Virus record (IMG/VR): IMGVR_UViG_3300020404_002009
Coordinates: 2,149-66,148 of that record
From: a virus
Taxonomy: Duplodnaviria; Caudoviricetes
Reading direction: 5' to 3' (one strand)
DNA length: 64,000 nt
Under the pieces are notes generated by a model that saw only the letters and a program-made list of their open reading frames with translations, was not told where the DNA came from and searched no databases. Both the position numbers and the translations under genes were made by a program. Numbering within the stretch: position 1 is the stretch's first letter; every line of letters begins with the position of its first letter. Shown here piece after piece: positions 1 to 8,954 of this stretch.

Positions 1-417
1 GACGGTCCAACGGCCTTTGTCAGTCCTGTGGGTGGTGACGAGTTCCACGCAGATTACGGCTACGATGGCACACCCATAAGAGCAGACAGCAGTTTTGGCG
101 GAAGGTTCCCCAAGGATCTGGGACTGGTATGGCCATGGCATGGCATACTGCAGGAATGGTTGGACAGGGACAACGCACTCGCCTGTTTCTGTGAAGTGCA
201 GAGACGTTACCCGCTGTTGGATCATGACCTGGTGCAGGCATGGTTGAACACCACACACCTGCTGAAGAACAACAGCCACAAGGACTGGATGAAGTGCTAC
301 ATGAAGGAAAAAGGTTATCCGTTCCAGGAGCCCGACACCAGATATGCGCCATGGAGGAGGGACACAGCGGATCGCGGCCGGGAACTGATGCCGCCACAAC
401 GCAATTTCCAAGAGTAA
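1..417 (+). CDS. Asparagine synthase-like C-terminal domain protein (5' truncated by window edge)
   Basis: Frame open from base 1 ([20 protein letters not shown]). GGDE motif and RRYPLLD resemble the Asn-synthase G.GGDE and R.P.LD motifs. Confidence 0.6.
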   Translation, partial: DGPTAFVSPVGGDEFHADYGYDGTPIRADSSFGGRFPKDLGLVWPWHGILQEWLDRDNALACFCEVQRRYPLLDHDLVQAWLNTTHLLKNNSHKDWMKCYMKEKGYPFQEPDTRYAPWRRDTADRGRELMPPQRNFQE

Positions 418-425
418 TATAACAC

Positions 426-454
426 TTGACCATTTTGTGTTTTCAATGTATTAT
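426..454 (+). promoter_or_regulatory. sigma70-type promoter of clpP (leaderless)
   Basis: TTGACC(426-431)-17bp-TATTAT(449-454); ATG at 461 follows 6 nt later with no SD. Confidence 0.65.
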
Positions 455-460
455 AACAAT

Positions 461-1066
461 ATGCCACTTACACCAATAGTGATAGAACAGACATCCAAGG
501 GCGAGAGATCGTATGACATATTCTCTAGACTGCTCAAGGACAGGATAATCATGTTGGAAGGTCCAATAGGAGAGAACACCGCTTCGGTTTTGTGTGCTCA
601 ACTGTTGTTCCTGGAATCACAGGATGCCCAGAAGGATATAACACTGTATATCAATTCGCCGGGCGGACTGGTAACGGCAGGCATGGCGATATACGACACC
701 ATGCAGTATGTGAGATCGGACATACAAACAATAGTGGTGGGCCAGGCATGTAGCATGGGCTCACTTCTTGCGTCAGCGGGAACCAAAGGCAAGCGATTGA
801 TGTTGCCACACGCACGACACATGATACACCAACCACTGGGCGGAGCAAGTGGACAGGCCACAGACGTTGAGATCCGTGCCAATGAACTGCTACGTTGGAA
901 GAAAGAACTGACAGAAATATACGAAAAGACAACAGGACAACCACTGCAGAAGTTAAAAGACGACATGGAACGAGACAAGTTCATGAACGCCGAAGAGGCA
1001 GTTGCGTATGGACTTGTGGACAAGGTGATTACCAACAGAGCAGAAGACGACGACCAAGACAACTAG
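461..1066 (+). CDS. clpP: ATP-dependent Clp protease proteolytic subunit
   Basis: [24 protein letters not shown], catalytic ACSMG, MIHQP and ERD motifs. Start moved to MPLTP at 461. Confidence 0.97.
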   Translation: MPLTPIVIEQTSKGERSYDIFSRLLKDRIIMLEGPIGENTASVLCAQLLFLESQDAQKDITLYINSPGGLVTAGMAIYDTMQYVRSDIQTIVVGQACSMGSLLASAGTKGKRLMLPHARHMIHQPLGGASGQATDVEIRANELLRWKKELTEIYEKTTGQPLQKLKDDMERDKFMNAEEAVAYGLVDKVITNRAEDDDQDN

Positions 1067-1095
1067 ACTGGTAAAAAACGCACTGTAAATATCCA

Positions 1096-2337
1096 GTGAC
1101 CTTCGAAAACCTCAACAAGAATCTCAGAAACAGACACACCAGCATAGTAGCGGACGGCAAACGTTTTCACAGTGACATAGAGGCACTGATGCACCTGTCA
1201 AAGAAGTTAGGACCACTGTCTGAATTAGAGAATCGAATACCTCGTTACGACAACACACAGTCAAAAACTTTGGGAGAGTATCACAAAGGCCTGGGAGAAT
1301 ATCTTTCCAAGAAAGGTGTTTTGCAATTTGACATACATGGCAAGTTCATGGATACAGATTGGACCACAGAGCCAGAACACGATGTGTCTGTCTATATAGA
1401 CAGGATGTGCGAGGCCATAGAGCAGAACTATGATGAGATCATGATAAGTTACTCGGGAGGCACAGACAGCAACACAATTACGGACGCCTTCCTCAGGAGG
1501 GGCACCAGGAACGTGAAGTTAGTGAACTTTGTCAACACATCTCTACAGATACACGTGGAGGCACGTAAGTGGTTAGCAAAGCACACCAACGATGCCCTCA
1601 AATACAAATATGAAAATGCCATACGGAATCTCAATTGGTCTGTGCAGATTTTCGAAGCATGGCAACCGTATTCGGCAAAGCAATACGAGGACAGCATCGC
1701 CAACAGAGAGTTCATGGCATGGAACAACGATTACAACAACTTGCATTCCTGGGCACAGAACAGCGGCGAGATCATAGCCACGAGGAACACAGGCAGGCGC
1801 ACTTGCTGGATAGTGGGATATGAAAAACCACATCTAACAATTGACAATGGATGGTACTGCTTCAGGATGAGTCACGACATCATGGACACTCCTCTGTCAC
1901 CGGTTGATCCCAATGCAGAACTGATATATTTCTGGATGAATGACCTGGAACCCAACTTGATTAAAAAACTTGCACACTGCAAGGCAAAAGAAATACGCAA
2001 AATATTTGCAGAGAACAACACATCACCAAATAAGGAAAACGTTGAGATGATGAATCGTTCTCACTCTGCACACTACCACAGGCTCAACAAAGCAATGGGC
2101 ATGTCCGCTCTGACAGACTTCCTTGCTACAAACGAGACCAAAGATGGCTACTGGAAACAGCAAGACCTCGAACAGCAATCTCGTGTGTTGCACAAGGAAA
2201 CTGAGATTAAAAAGACATTAAGAGACAAGTATTTTGATGAAGTAATCAAGAAAGAAATCAATGCCAATCTCTTGGCCATGGAACTGCGTAGGCCCATAAG
2301 CATTGTTTCCAAAATAAAGAAAGTCATTGCCGCATGA
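1096..2337 (+). CDS. PP-loop (adenine nucleotide alpha-hydrolase fold) ATPase, function unknown
   Basis: ISYSGGTDS PP-loop motif; TAAATA at 1086-1091 just before the GTG start; ends in VIAA. Confidence 0.7.
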   Translation: MTFENLNKNLRNRHTSIVADGKRFHSDIEALMHLSKKLGPLSELENRIPRYDNTQSKTLGEYHKGLGEYLSKKGVLQFDIHGKFMDTDWTTEPEHDVSVYIDRMCEAIEQNYDEIMISYSGGTDSNTITDAFLRRGTRNVKLVNFVNTSLQIHVEARKWLAKHTNDALKYKYENAIRNLNWSVQIFEAWQPYSAKQYEDSIANREFMAWNNDYNNLHSWAQNSGEIIATRNTGRRTCWIVGYEKPHLTIDNGWYCFRMSHDIMDTPLSPVDPNAELIYFWMNDLEPNLIKKLAHCKAKEIRKIFAENNTSPNKENVEMMNRSHSAHYHRLNKAMGMSALTDFLATNETKDGYWKQQDLEQQSRVLHKETEIKKTLRDKYFDEVIKKEINANLLAMELRRPISIVSKIKKVIAA

Positions 2338-3665
2338 TAGAAACAGCGATTGTATTCATATGTGGAATAGTAAGCGGACTCCTGGCCGGTGTTCTTCCGG
2401 GCATAGGCGGTGTGGTTGTAATGACATTGGCTTTCCCTTTCCTGATACAGATAGATCCTGTGAACATATTAATTTTCTACGTCACGATGGCCAGCATAGA
2501 TCAATACTTTAATGGCATCACAGCAATAGTGTTTGGTGTGCCCGGGGCAAGTATGAACATACCAACACAAATAGAAGGACACACATTGTTCAGACAGGGC
2601 AAAGGCAACGATGCAATTATGTTCAGTGCTGTGGGCAGTTGGATATCCAGCATGTTCGCAATCGTTTTAGTGGTCATGCTGTTGCCAGTGCTATGGGGAG
2701 TGTACGGTGTGTGGACGTCCTTGATGCAAGGAGTGTTGTTAGGCATAGCCTCGTTGGTTCTTGTGTACGTTAGTAGAAATAAAATTTTACTGAGCACTTT
2801 GTTGTTTGTGTTTGGTGGGTTGCTTGGGCAAGTGGGGTACAGTGAAGAGACAGGTAGGTCAGTGATGACCCTAGGTTTTGATCTATTGCATTCTGGAATA
2901 CCAACACTTGCAGTTTTGGTCAGCCTGTTTGTTGTTCCTGTGTTGCTCAAGAGTTACCGTAAGCAACCTGGTAGTTTTAGTTTTCCAGGTGTGTCCTTTG
3001 ACGGATACAAGAAAGTGTTTGGCAAAATGAGGAACTACACGTCAACGTTGATCAGGAGTTCGTTCCTAGGTTCGGTTGGCGGATTGATGCCGGGCATGAG
3101 TTTTGGATTTAGTAGTTTGTTGGCCTATATAACAGAAAAGTCATTGCGTAAGAAACAAAAATTATACAAGCAAGGAGACTTTCCTAGTCTTATTGCAAGT
3201 GAAAGCGCCAACAACGCAGGTGTGTTCACGCAATTGGTACCATTGCTTTTCTTGGGCATTCCCATTACTGCCAGCGAAGCACTGATATACAACATACTCG
3301 AGATGAGGGGATTGCCTGTTGACATAGAATGGTTTAAGGGCACCTTTATGCAAGTATTGGTATTTTTCTTTGTGAGCTCAATAATAGGCTTGATACTTGC
3401 CGCAAAATATGTTAATCTACTGAAAGTGTTCAACGGCATACCGATTGAAAGAATTTATATCTCTGTGGTTGTGTTGTTGGCAGTTGCCCTGTGGCAAACA
3501 GGAGTCACGCAGTACGCAGGATTTAATCATCTGTTGATTGCTGTAATGATGTTGCCACTTGGAGTGTTATTACAAAAACACGATACCACTCCTCTGTTAT
3601 TTGGCTTTCTGTTGAGTGAGCCATTGATAGACAACTTACAACGAGTGTTTGTGATATATTTTTAG
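2334..3665 (+). CDS. tctA: Tripartite tricarboxylate transporter large permease TctA
   Basis: Polytopic membrane protein with GVLPGIG, FGVPG, GLMPG, ESANNAG and LFLGIP motifs. Confidence 0.9.
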   Translation: MIETAIVFICGIVSGLLAGVLPGIGGVVVMTLAFPFLIQIDPVNILIFYVTMASIDQYFNGITAIVFGVPGASMNIPTQIEGHTLFRQGKGNDAIMFSAVGSWISSMFAIVLVVMLLPVLWGVYGVWTSLMQGVLLGIASLVLVYVSRNKILLSTLLFVFGGLLGQVGYSEETGRSVMTLGFDLLHSGIPTLAVLVSLFVVPVLLKSYRKQPGSFSFPGVSFDGYKKVFGKMRNYTSTLIRSSFLGSVGGLMPGMSFGFSSLLAYITEKSLRKKQKLYKQGDFPSLIASESANNAGVFTQLVPLLFLGIPITASEALIYNILEMRGLPVDIEWFKGTFMQVLVFFFVSSIIGLILAAKYVNLLKVFNGIPIERIYISVVVLLAVALWQTGVTQYAGFNHLLIAVMMLPLGVLLQKHDTTPLLFGFLLSEPLIDNLQRVFVIYF

Positions 3666-3666
3666 T

Positions 3667-4446
3667 ATGAAAAAACTTTTACTACTTGTAGCATTTTTGT
3701 TTTGCACCAACGCAGTTGCAGAAAAGATAGATGTGATAAAACACTCAAAGCCAGGTGGACTCATTGACAGGATGAACGAAGTCATAGCACAGTCACTAGG
3801 CGATAATTTTGGAGAGTTCATAAAGGTTGAAAACTGTGTGCAGGCAATAAAGGTGATAGAAAAATCAAAGACTAAAGTGCTAACTGCATGGCCAACAGAA
3901 AGAGAAGCCGAGAATAGTCCTTGTAATTTGGATAACAAATTTATTCTATCTACGTTTAGTAATAGTCCCTATCACATAACCTACTTTGAATCAAACACCC
4001 AAGCCGCGGACTTGAACTATCTAAAGAGCGGGGAAGAAGTTATAGTTGGTGTTTGGGATAGCAATTTTTGGGCACCACCACAGACAAAATTTTTACAGGC
4101 CATTAATCCAAACATCAAAGTTGTGAGATACAAAAGCAAACCATTTAGGACAGCACTCGCAAGTGGTGAGATAGATTACAAGATAGTTTCCTTCCCGGGC
4201 AACGATCCAGTGTTGGCCATAATGAACGGAGAGACACTATTACCGGAACACGAGTTTTCAAACATGGGATATTCGATGATGTTTGCAGGTAACTTTGATT
4301 ACAATGTTCGATATGTGTACGAAAGCAAAGCATGGGAGCAACGCAAAGATGTCACGCACATGCCATGGTTGCAAGGACAGTACAAAGATTACAAAATAAA
4401 ATATGTGGAGCAAATGTTATCCGCTTTAACAAAAACAAAAGAGTAA
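3667..4446 (+). CDS. Divergent TctC/Bug-like periplasmic substrate-binding protein
   Basis: Signal peptide; KPGGLID and VRYKSK..ALASGEID resemble TctC motifs; directly follows tctA. Confidence 0.65.
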   Translation: MKKLLLLVAFLFCTNAVAEKIDVIKHSKPGGLIDRMNEVIAQSLGDNFGEFIKVENCVQAIKVIEKSKTKVLTAWPTEREAENSPCNLDNKFILSTFSNSPYHITYFESNTQAADLNYLKSGEEVIVGVWDSNFWAPPQTKFLQAINPNIKVVRYKSKPFRTALASGEIDYKIVSFPGNDPVLAIMNGETLLPEHEFSNMGYSMMFAGNFDYNVRYVYESKAWEQRKDVTHMPWLQGQYKDYKIKYVEQMLSALTKTKE

Positions 4447-4500
4447 AAATATGGACGTAATAAATATCATTAGGTACTGGCATACTGTAAGGAATATAAT

Positions 4501-5220
4501 ATGTACAAGACCGATCTAGACAAACAACTTCTCAAACACAACATATCCCCATGGGGAGAAAGCCAGCAGAATTCTTGGCGACTATATAATCTCAACAAGG
4601 CCAAGCCTGGATACCATAAGCACGGCAACGTTTGGAAACACTTTGCCAAGCACGGAGTCACAAAAGAAAGACTCACTGATTGGGATATACCAAAAGTTGT
4701 TGGAATCAGTAGCACACTAGGACTGCAGGATCAACTTCCAGAATCAAGACCCACATTGAATCACATCCGCGAACTAAACATTTACAGCGATCATGCACCG
4801 CATGACATAACAGTCACAAACGATCTTATTGTTAAGCAGACACAGGACTACACGCTCAACAAAGATGTCTACAACTCATTGCAAGACTTCTTGGAACCTT
4901 TGGGTTGGGAGAAAGCAAGGTACTCACGTTTCCAGCAGTATCCAAATGAGATGACAAGGGTGCATGTTGATATACACAGACAAATGAGCAACATGCATAA
5001 CTCTCCAACAGATCCTATACTGTGTGGCGAGGTAAGGATAGGAGTAGTGTTTCTAAATGACTGGGCCTATGGACAAGGATTTGGAATGGGCAAAGACATT
5101 GTGCAGAATTGGAAGATGGGAGACTTCTATGAATGGCCGTGGTTCTTTCCACATCACACATTTAATAATTCAAACGTACTTCGTAACTCACTGACTATCA
5201 TAGCACGTAAAAGATCGTAG
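4501..5220 (+). CDS. Putative 2OG-Fe(II)/cupin-fold oxygenase
   Basis: HVD...HHTFN...R pattern (HxD...H triad and terminal Arg strand). Confidence 0.55.
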   Translation: MYKTDLDKQLLKHNISPWGESQQNSWRLYNLNKAKPGYHKHGNVWKHFAKHGVTKERLTDWDIPKVVGISSTLGLQDQLPESRPTLNHIRELNIYSDHAPHDITVTNDLIVKQTQDYTLNKDVYNSLQDFLEPLGWEKARYSRFQQYPNEMTRVHVDIHRQMSNMHNSPTDPILCGEVRIGVVFLNDWAYGQGFGMGKDIVQNWKMGDFYEWPWFFPHHTFNNSNVLRNSLTIIARKRS

Positions 5221-5222
5221 TA

Positions 5223-6341
5223 ATGCAAATATTTGATTCTACATACACAGAGGACATGTATCCTTATAGGAATGAATGGCCAGAGGGAGTGTTTGATCAC
5301 CGCACAAAGAAAAAATATCCAACAACACTAACTGCTCTCTTGGATTGTCAGCACTTTGACGATCTAGAACTATACACAGGGTTCCAGGTAAAACAACCTG
5401 TACCGGACAAGTCTTTGGAAGAACTTTACAAAGATCGTATGAGAGCCTTACGTAACAAATATGATTATCTAGAATTGAGTTGGGGTGGCGGACATGACAG
5501 CACAATGATACTGAAAGTATCAGAGCAAACAGGTTGCCCACTTGATGTAATTTCAATGCAGTGCTTTGGAGATCCACGTGAAGATGATTCCAGATTTAAT
5601 TCGGAAATATCAAAAAATTTGCATCATGTGTTATCGTATGTTGAAATGTTTCCACAGACTAAAATTGTGTTCCTTGACATCAATGAAACATATAAGGCAA
5701 CGGTGGAGCACTATCTTGATAATAAGATGTGGTGTAGGATGACAACAATGGGTATGCTTGATGACATCTGCAGGATCAGTGCAGATAGATTTATTCCACA
5801 ACGTAATAATAAAAACGGTGCTGTGCTGACAGGCCAAGGATGGAAACCTGTGCTGTACAACAAACACTACGGCACTTGGTCATTGTACCAACAGCAGGAC
5901 ATGGTAAACCAATTGGGCAGTATAAGTTTTCTTGTGCCAACAATTAGGTTCTACGAAACCGCAGAAATTATGATCAAGGTCGGGGATGACATTAGGAAAA
6001 AATATAAAACCAGCGATCAAGATTATCTAGACAGAGCAGATGTTTCGCAAAATGCAAATGTATGGATTGGTAATAATGAATGGATACACGAAGAAATCAT
6101 GTACACAGAATTAAAAGGTGAAATTTTCCATGATGGTAAAGATCCTAAATTCCATATACCATGGCAAGATGAACCGAGGTTCGAATGGTTTTGCAAGAAC
6201 CAAAATGCCAAAACCATGTACAAAGAATATTTTGAGTGGGTTGAATTCCTTGACAAGAACATACATCCAAGTTGTATGCTCGAGGGTGGGATACTCAAAG
6301 GCGGACTCAAGAATGTCAAACCAATGATGATTGACTTCTAA
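5223..6341 (+). CDS. PP-loop ATPase, paralogue of 1096-2337
   Basis: LRNKYDYLELSWGGGHDS variant PP-loop; same position upstream of tctA. Confidence 0.65.
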   Translation: MQIFDSTYTEDMYPYRNEWPEGVFDHRTKKKYPTTLTALLDCQHFDDLELYTGFQVKQPVPDKSLEELYKDRMRALRNKYDYLELSWGGGHDSTMILKVSEQTGCPLDVISMQCFGDPREDDSRFNSEISKNLHHVLSYVEMFPQTKIVFLDINETYKATVEHYLDNKMWCRMTTMGMLDDICRISADRFIPQRNNKNGAVLTGQGWKPVLYNKHYGTWSLYQQQDMVNQLGSISFLVPTIRFYETAEIMIKVGDDIRKKYKTSDQDYLDRADVSQNANVWIGNNEWIHEEIMYTELKGEIFHDGKDPKFHIPWQDEPRFEWFCKNQNAKTMYKEYFEWVEFLDKNIHPSCMLEGGILKGGLKNVKPMMIDF

Positions 6342-6359
6342 CGAAGTGTATTTTATAAT
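6331..6359 (+). promoter_or_regulatory. sigma70-type promoter of second tctA
   Basis: TTGACT(6331-6336)-17bp-TATAAT(6354-6359); GTG 5 nt later. Confidence 0.7.
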
Positions 6360-6364
6360 TTAGA

Positions 6365-7774
6365 GTGGAACTAATTTTACTAAACTTATCGGTAATGCTA
6401 TCTGGGATATTCCTAGGATTGATTGCTGGCGTACTGCCGGGAATTGGTAATGTTGTTACTTTGATTTTGGTTTATCCTTTCATAACAGATTTTGATCTCT
6501 TTCAGATAGTTTTGTTCTATATGTGCCTGGCAGGCTCGTCGCAGTACACAGGCAGTGTTGTGGCCACAACCTTGGCAGTGCCAGGAGAGACTTCTAGTCT
6601 GCCGGCGGTCACAGAAGGCCATAGAATGTTTTTGTCTGGCAGAGGCAACTATGCAATCAGTAACAGTGCAATGGGAAGTTTTCTTGGTGCGGGTATAGCC
6701 TCACTGATAATGATGATATTTCTTCCGGTAGGGGTATATGCTATCTCTAAATTTTACAATACCCATGTGCAGTCTGTAATTCTAATAGGAGTTGCAATAT
6801 TTTTAGTTGCCACATACGCAGGACAAAAATGGTATCACAACCTTATGCTGTTTGCAATAGGATGGTTCTTGAGTTCTATAGGATTCTCTAAAGAACTTAT
6901 GCAGTACAACTGGGACTTTTTAATCGACTACCAAAAATTTTATTACCTACATTTTGGATTACCTCTTTATCCTGTGGTGGTTGCATTGTTTGTGTTTCCG
7001 ATATTCCTCAAAGAGTGGAACTCTCCCAGACCAGATGCAAGTGCATTGGATAAACTTTGGGACAACAAATTTATACAACACGCCAGAGAGTTTTTAAAAA
7101 ACATAGGATCTAGTATCAGAGGCACGGTCATTGGAAGTCTTTGTGGACTAGTTCCACACATGACCTCTACACTTGCCAGCAACGTTGCCTACATAAGAGA
7201 AAGGAATCGTGGAAAGAAGAACGGCACATATGACGAGAATGGTGATATCAAAAGTCTAGTAAGTGCGGAGACGGCCAATAATGCCGCGGGATTGACACAA
7301 CTTACTCCTCTGTTGCTAATAGGAATTCCTATCACGACAAGTGAAGCCATTGTGTTGAACATAATTGAAAACAACATGCAAATTATAAATTGGGAAACAA
7401 CTGTGTCTTCTGGTATGTTTGGTACACTTGTAATCTATTTTGTAGTAATGAATGCATTATGTTTGTTGGCGGCCTGGCCCTTTGCCAAGCATCTGCACGT
7501 ATTGTTTAGGATAAATCAGAAAACCCTATACACATTTACTTTCTTGCTTTTGATGTGTCTGGTATTCTACATGGGCACTATTGTAAATCAACAGATGTAC
7601 TATGTCGTGGTCACATTGGCCTTACTGCCAATTGGATATCTGTTGCGAAGATGGGATACCTTGATATTAATATTTGCCTTTGTGTTGCAGGGACAGATAC
7701 AAGGTGCTGTGATAAGATTGGCCCATATCTATAGCGACTGGCTACCATACATATCAAATCTAGGACGTTGGTAA
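6365..7774 (+). CDS. tctA: Tripartite tricarboxylate transporter large permease TctA (second copy)
   Basis: GVLPGIG, AVPGE, GLVP, ETANNAAG and LLIGIP motifs; many TM segments. Confidence 0.9.
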   Translation: MELILLNLSVMLSGIFLGLIAGVLPGIGNVVTLILVYPFITDFDLFQIVLFYMCLAGSSQYTGSVVATTLAVPGETSSLPAVTEGHRMFLSGRGNYAISNSAMGSFLGAGIASLIMMIFLPVGVYAISKFYNTHVQSVILIGVAIFLVATYAGQKWYHNLMLFAIGWFLSSIGFSKELMQYNWDFLIDYQKFYYLHFGLPLYPVVVALFVFPIFLKEWNSPRPDASALDKLWDNKFIQHAREFLKNIGSSIRGTVIGSLCGLVPHMTSTLASNVAYIRERNRGKKNGTYDENGDIKSLVSAETANNAAGLTQLTPLLLIGIPITTSEAIVLNIIENNMQIINWETTVSSGMFGTLVIYFVVMNALCLLAAWPFAKHLHVLFRINQKTLYTFTFLLLMCLVFYMGTIVNQQMYYVVVTLALLPIGYLLRRWDTLILIFAFVLQGQIQGAVIRLAHIYSDWLPYISNLGRW

Positions 7775-7789
7775 TTTGATTGGATAAGT

Positions 7790-7981
7790 ACTGATGTAAC
7801 GCCGAACATCATTCGACGTCGGGTTTAATGACGCTTGAGAGATTTACATATGCCAGTATCCAATCTCTCTTTACTCGCTTGAGAACGCCTTCCCGTATGC
7901 CTCCAGGCTAACTTTCACAAACACACGATTGCAGGATGAAGAACATAACTCCTATTTTCTATTTCCATGTGATCGTGTGTT
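7790..7981 (+). ncRNA. Candidate structured non-coding RNA
   Basis: ~260-bp gap with no ORF of 60 aa or more. Stems TGATGT/ACATCA, GAGAGATT/AATCTCTC and AACACACGATTGC/GTGATCGTGTGTT; ATAAGTA late-promoter-like motif upstream. Confidence 0.45.
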
Positions 7982-8008
7982 GACAAAACTTTAATAAAAA
8001 TGTAAAAT
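7980..8008 (+). promoter_or_regulatory. sigma70-type promoter of tctC
   Basis: TTGACA(7980-7985)-17bp-TAAAAT(8003-8008); AAGGA SD before ATG 8038. Confidence 0.75.
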
Positions 8009-8037
8009 TAGTAAAGTTAACTTAAAGGAAAATAAAA

Positions 8038-8910
8038 ATGAAGAAGACAATAATAGCGTTTTTGGTCTCGCTTATGACTTTTGGTATAGCGAACGCAAAA
8101 ACTATCGATTACCTGGTTACAGGTACCCCGGGTGGAACTGCGTATGATAACGCAGAATTGTTTGTTCCAATTCTTGAAAAAGAAACAGGCTTCAAGTTCA
8201 ACAAGGTAATAGTTGACAGTGCCGTTGGAGCAACAATATACCTTAAGAAAAGCAAAAACCCAAGCGTATGGATTCAGAACACACTGGATCATGAGTCTGT
8301 GGGAAACGAGTTGCAGGCGACTCCTGAATCATGGATTGGTACAGGATGGGGCAGAGCAATGGCTTTCTGTTCTAACGAAGCACTAGACGAAGCAGTTGCA
8401 AGGCTCAAAGCCGGCAAAAGACTTACGTTTGCTGTTTCAAACTCTTATGGTCAGCACTTGATCGACCCATTGGTTGATGTCACAGGCACACCAATGAAGT
8501 TTGTACCATATGGTTCGTCGGGCAAAAGCCTTAAAGGTTTTGTTGCAGGCGACACAGATATGTTGTTCACTAACATGCCAAAAGCAGTGAGTGGCGTAAC
8601 GAAGAACGGTATCAGTTGTTGGGCAAACACAGGACCAACAAAGATACTTGATATGGAACCAATGGCAACACTGTTTCCTGAATACAAGTACAATGACATT
8701 CAAACGTTCACATACTTGGATTCTGCGAACATGAGTGAGTCAGACGTCGCGACATTGAGGGCGGCATGGCAAAACGTGTTGAAGAACGAAGCAGTTGCAG
8801 GACACATCAAGAACAAGAAACTATTCCATCCATCTGTATACGGTGACCTTACACCAACAGAGTGGGCCGCGAAATTAGATAAAGCGGGTAAGAACTGGGT
8901 AGGCAAATAA
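8038..8910 (+). CDS. tctC: TctC/Bug family periplasmic substrate-binding protein
   Basis: Signal peptide ending ANA; TGTPGGTAYD and FVPYGSSGKSLKGFVAGDTD motifs. Confidence 0.8.
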   Translation: MKKTIIAFLVSLMTFGIANAKTIDYLVTGTPGGTAYDNAELFVPILEKETGFKFNKVIVDSAVGATIYLKKSKNPSVWIQNTLDHESVGNELQATPESWIGTGWGRAMAFCSNEALDEAVARLKAGKRLTFAVSNSYGQHLIDPLVDVTGTPMKFVPYGSSGKSLKGFVAGDTDMLFTNMPKAVSGVTKNGISCWANTGPTKILDMEPMATLFPEYKYNDIQTFTYLDSANMSESDVATLRAAWQNVLKNEAVAGHIKNKKLFHPSVYGDLTPTEWAAKLDKAGKNWVGK

Positions 8911-8919
8911 TCTAATCAT

Positions 8920-8943
8920 ATAGGTGGCCCTAGGGCCACCTAT
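8920..8943. terminator. Perfect 24-bp palindrome (terminator or mRNA-stabilising hairpin)
   Basis: ATAGGTGGCCCTAGGGCCACCTAT between tctC and the SDR gene; no strong U-tract. Confidence 0.55.
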
Positions 8944-8954
8944 TGAGGAACAAC

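Noticed and set aside
7790-7981. Known riboswitch, RNase P RNA or tRNA in the tctA-tctC gap
   Set aside because: I could not find cobalamin, TPP, SAM, glycine or RNase P consensus blocks or a cloverleaf on either strand; kept only as an unknown candidate RNA.
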